64,000 nt of DNA from Verrucomicrobiales bacterium (lineage in GTDB: Bacteria; Verrucomicrobiota; Verrucomicrobiia; Limisphaerales; CANJXF01): assembly GCA_947478865.1 (NCBI GenBank), contig CANJXF010000009.1, positions 33,463 through 97,462 on the forward strand, in the 5' to 3' direction. Within the stretch, counting starts at the first letter, position 1. Every line of letters starts with the position of its first letter. Shown piece after piece: positions 63,280 to 64,000 of the stretch. The notes under the pieces were generated by a model. The model saw only the letters and a program-made list of their open reading frames with translations, had not been told where the DNA came from and did no database searches. Both the position numbers and the translations under genes were made by a program.

Positions 63280-64000
63280 ATGAAAACGATTCGGAGTGCG
63301 GCCAAATCAGCCATTGGGATCCTCTTCATGTCCAGTTTGGCATTGTGGGCCGAAGACGACGCTGTTCCTGCTCACCCCCTCCAGGCTGAAACAGACTTTG
63401 AAATAGTATTGCAAGCAGTGGAAACAATAACCCCCCTTCCGGCCGCTTCTGCGCCCTTGTCGGGAAATTTTTACACCTTCCAAAATGGGGAGGCCTGGCC
63501 GCCGCTTCCGGGGAACACCATGAATCTGCCTTTCTGGAATTTGGGCGATGGTTTTTATCTTTTGGATGATCGAGCTATTGATTATGTCAGTCTTCATGCC
63601 GAGGCAGCGGCTGAGGAAGAGGCGAACACCTCGGCATCGATGGCGAGGGCCAGTTTTAATAGTCCCAGTTCATGGGGCGGCGTGTATCTTACCAACTTTG
63701 CAGCCGCATTTTCAGGCAATCCAATTGCGAGCTTCGACGTCGCGGGCGGAACCAATTACGTTCCATACGACATTTGGCGGACCACCGATTTGTCGAATCA
63801 TATTTCACAGTCGCAATGGACGTGGTTGGGCATTGGATATACCTCAAATCATTACACTTTTGCCAATCAACCGTCCGGGCAGGCGTTCTATGCTCTGGCC
63901 AAACCACAAAAGACCATGGTAGTCGGATGGGGAAACAATTCCGTTGGGCAATGCGACGTGCCATTTGGACTGAGCAATGCCATCTCAACGGTGGGTGGTG
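63280..64000 (+). CDS. Secreted protein, partial (runs off the 3' edge); its end enters an RCC1-like repeat
   Basis: Missing from the ORF track (no in-window stop). The ATG at 63280 gives MKTIRSAAKSAIGILFMSSLALWAEDD... (signal peptide), open to nt 64000. The last residues, VVGWGNNSVGQCDVPFGLSNAISTVGG, match the RCC1/BLIP-II repeat pattern (GWGxNxxGQ..VP). Confidence 0.6.
   Translation, partial: MKTIRSAAKSAIGILFMSSLALWAEDDAVPAHPLQAETDFEIVLQAVETITPLPAASAPLSGNFYTFQNGEAWPPLPGNTMNLPFWNLGDGFYLLDDRAIDYVSLHAEAAAEEEANTSASMARASFNSPSSWGGVYLTNFAAAFSGNPIASFDVAGGTNYVPYDIWRTTDLSNHISQSQWTWLGIGYTSNHYTFANQPSGQAFYALAKPQKTMVVGWGNNSVGQCDVPFGLSNAISTVGG

Overview
The window looks like a chromosomal segment from a PVC-superphylum bacterium, most likely Verrucomicrobiota. 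This is an inference from three gene types: a prepilin-type N-terminal methylation-motif protein, two 'membrane-bound dehydrogenase / heme-binding CxxCH' proteins, and large Ig-repeat secreted proteins. Most of it is housekeeping: ribE, ribD, ftsY, nusB, ppk1, lolE/lolD, der, nrdJ, nadA, a dGTPase-like gene, ispH, an FKBP isomerase, tRNA-Gly(GCC) and tRNA-Pro(UGG). Between these sit secreted, envelope and glycan-related genes:
- a CE15-like esterase (partial);
- a 1408-aa adhesin-like protein;
- a GH127-LamG fusion, a beta-helix protein and araB;
- a LemA-TPM-TPM module;
- a P1B-type metal ATPase;
- a REC-PAS-HisKA_3 kinase with a NarL-type regulator.

I found no CRISPR array, rRNA, transposase, integrase or phage genes. 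Two real CDSs run off the window edges and are missing from the ORF track (1..943 minus strand; 63280..64000 plus strand). Many long ORFs in the track are antisense or alternate-frame artefacts of GC-rich coding DNA.

I did not find a compelling self-contained novel system. The strongest leads are:
1. a phased 21-bp degenerate tandem array with a 105-bp higher-order period next to an AT-rich tract (62794-63279);
2. a two-gene split PVC-type redox module carrying SGNH, azurin-like cupredoxin and cytochrome c domains (32789-37351), with a paralogous module next to an isochorismatase-ThuA fusion (57872-62285);
3. a RelE-type toxin/antitoxin pair plus a CPCC cysteine-rich gene translationally coupled to ribD (3219-4105);
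4. a truncated M50 protease remnant immediately downstream of the adhesin/pilin-like gene pair (10095-15719).

All functional calls come from motif recognition by eye. No searches were run.
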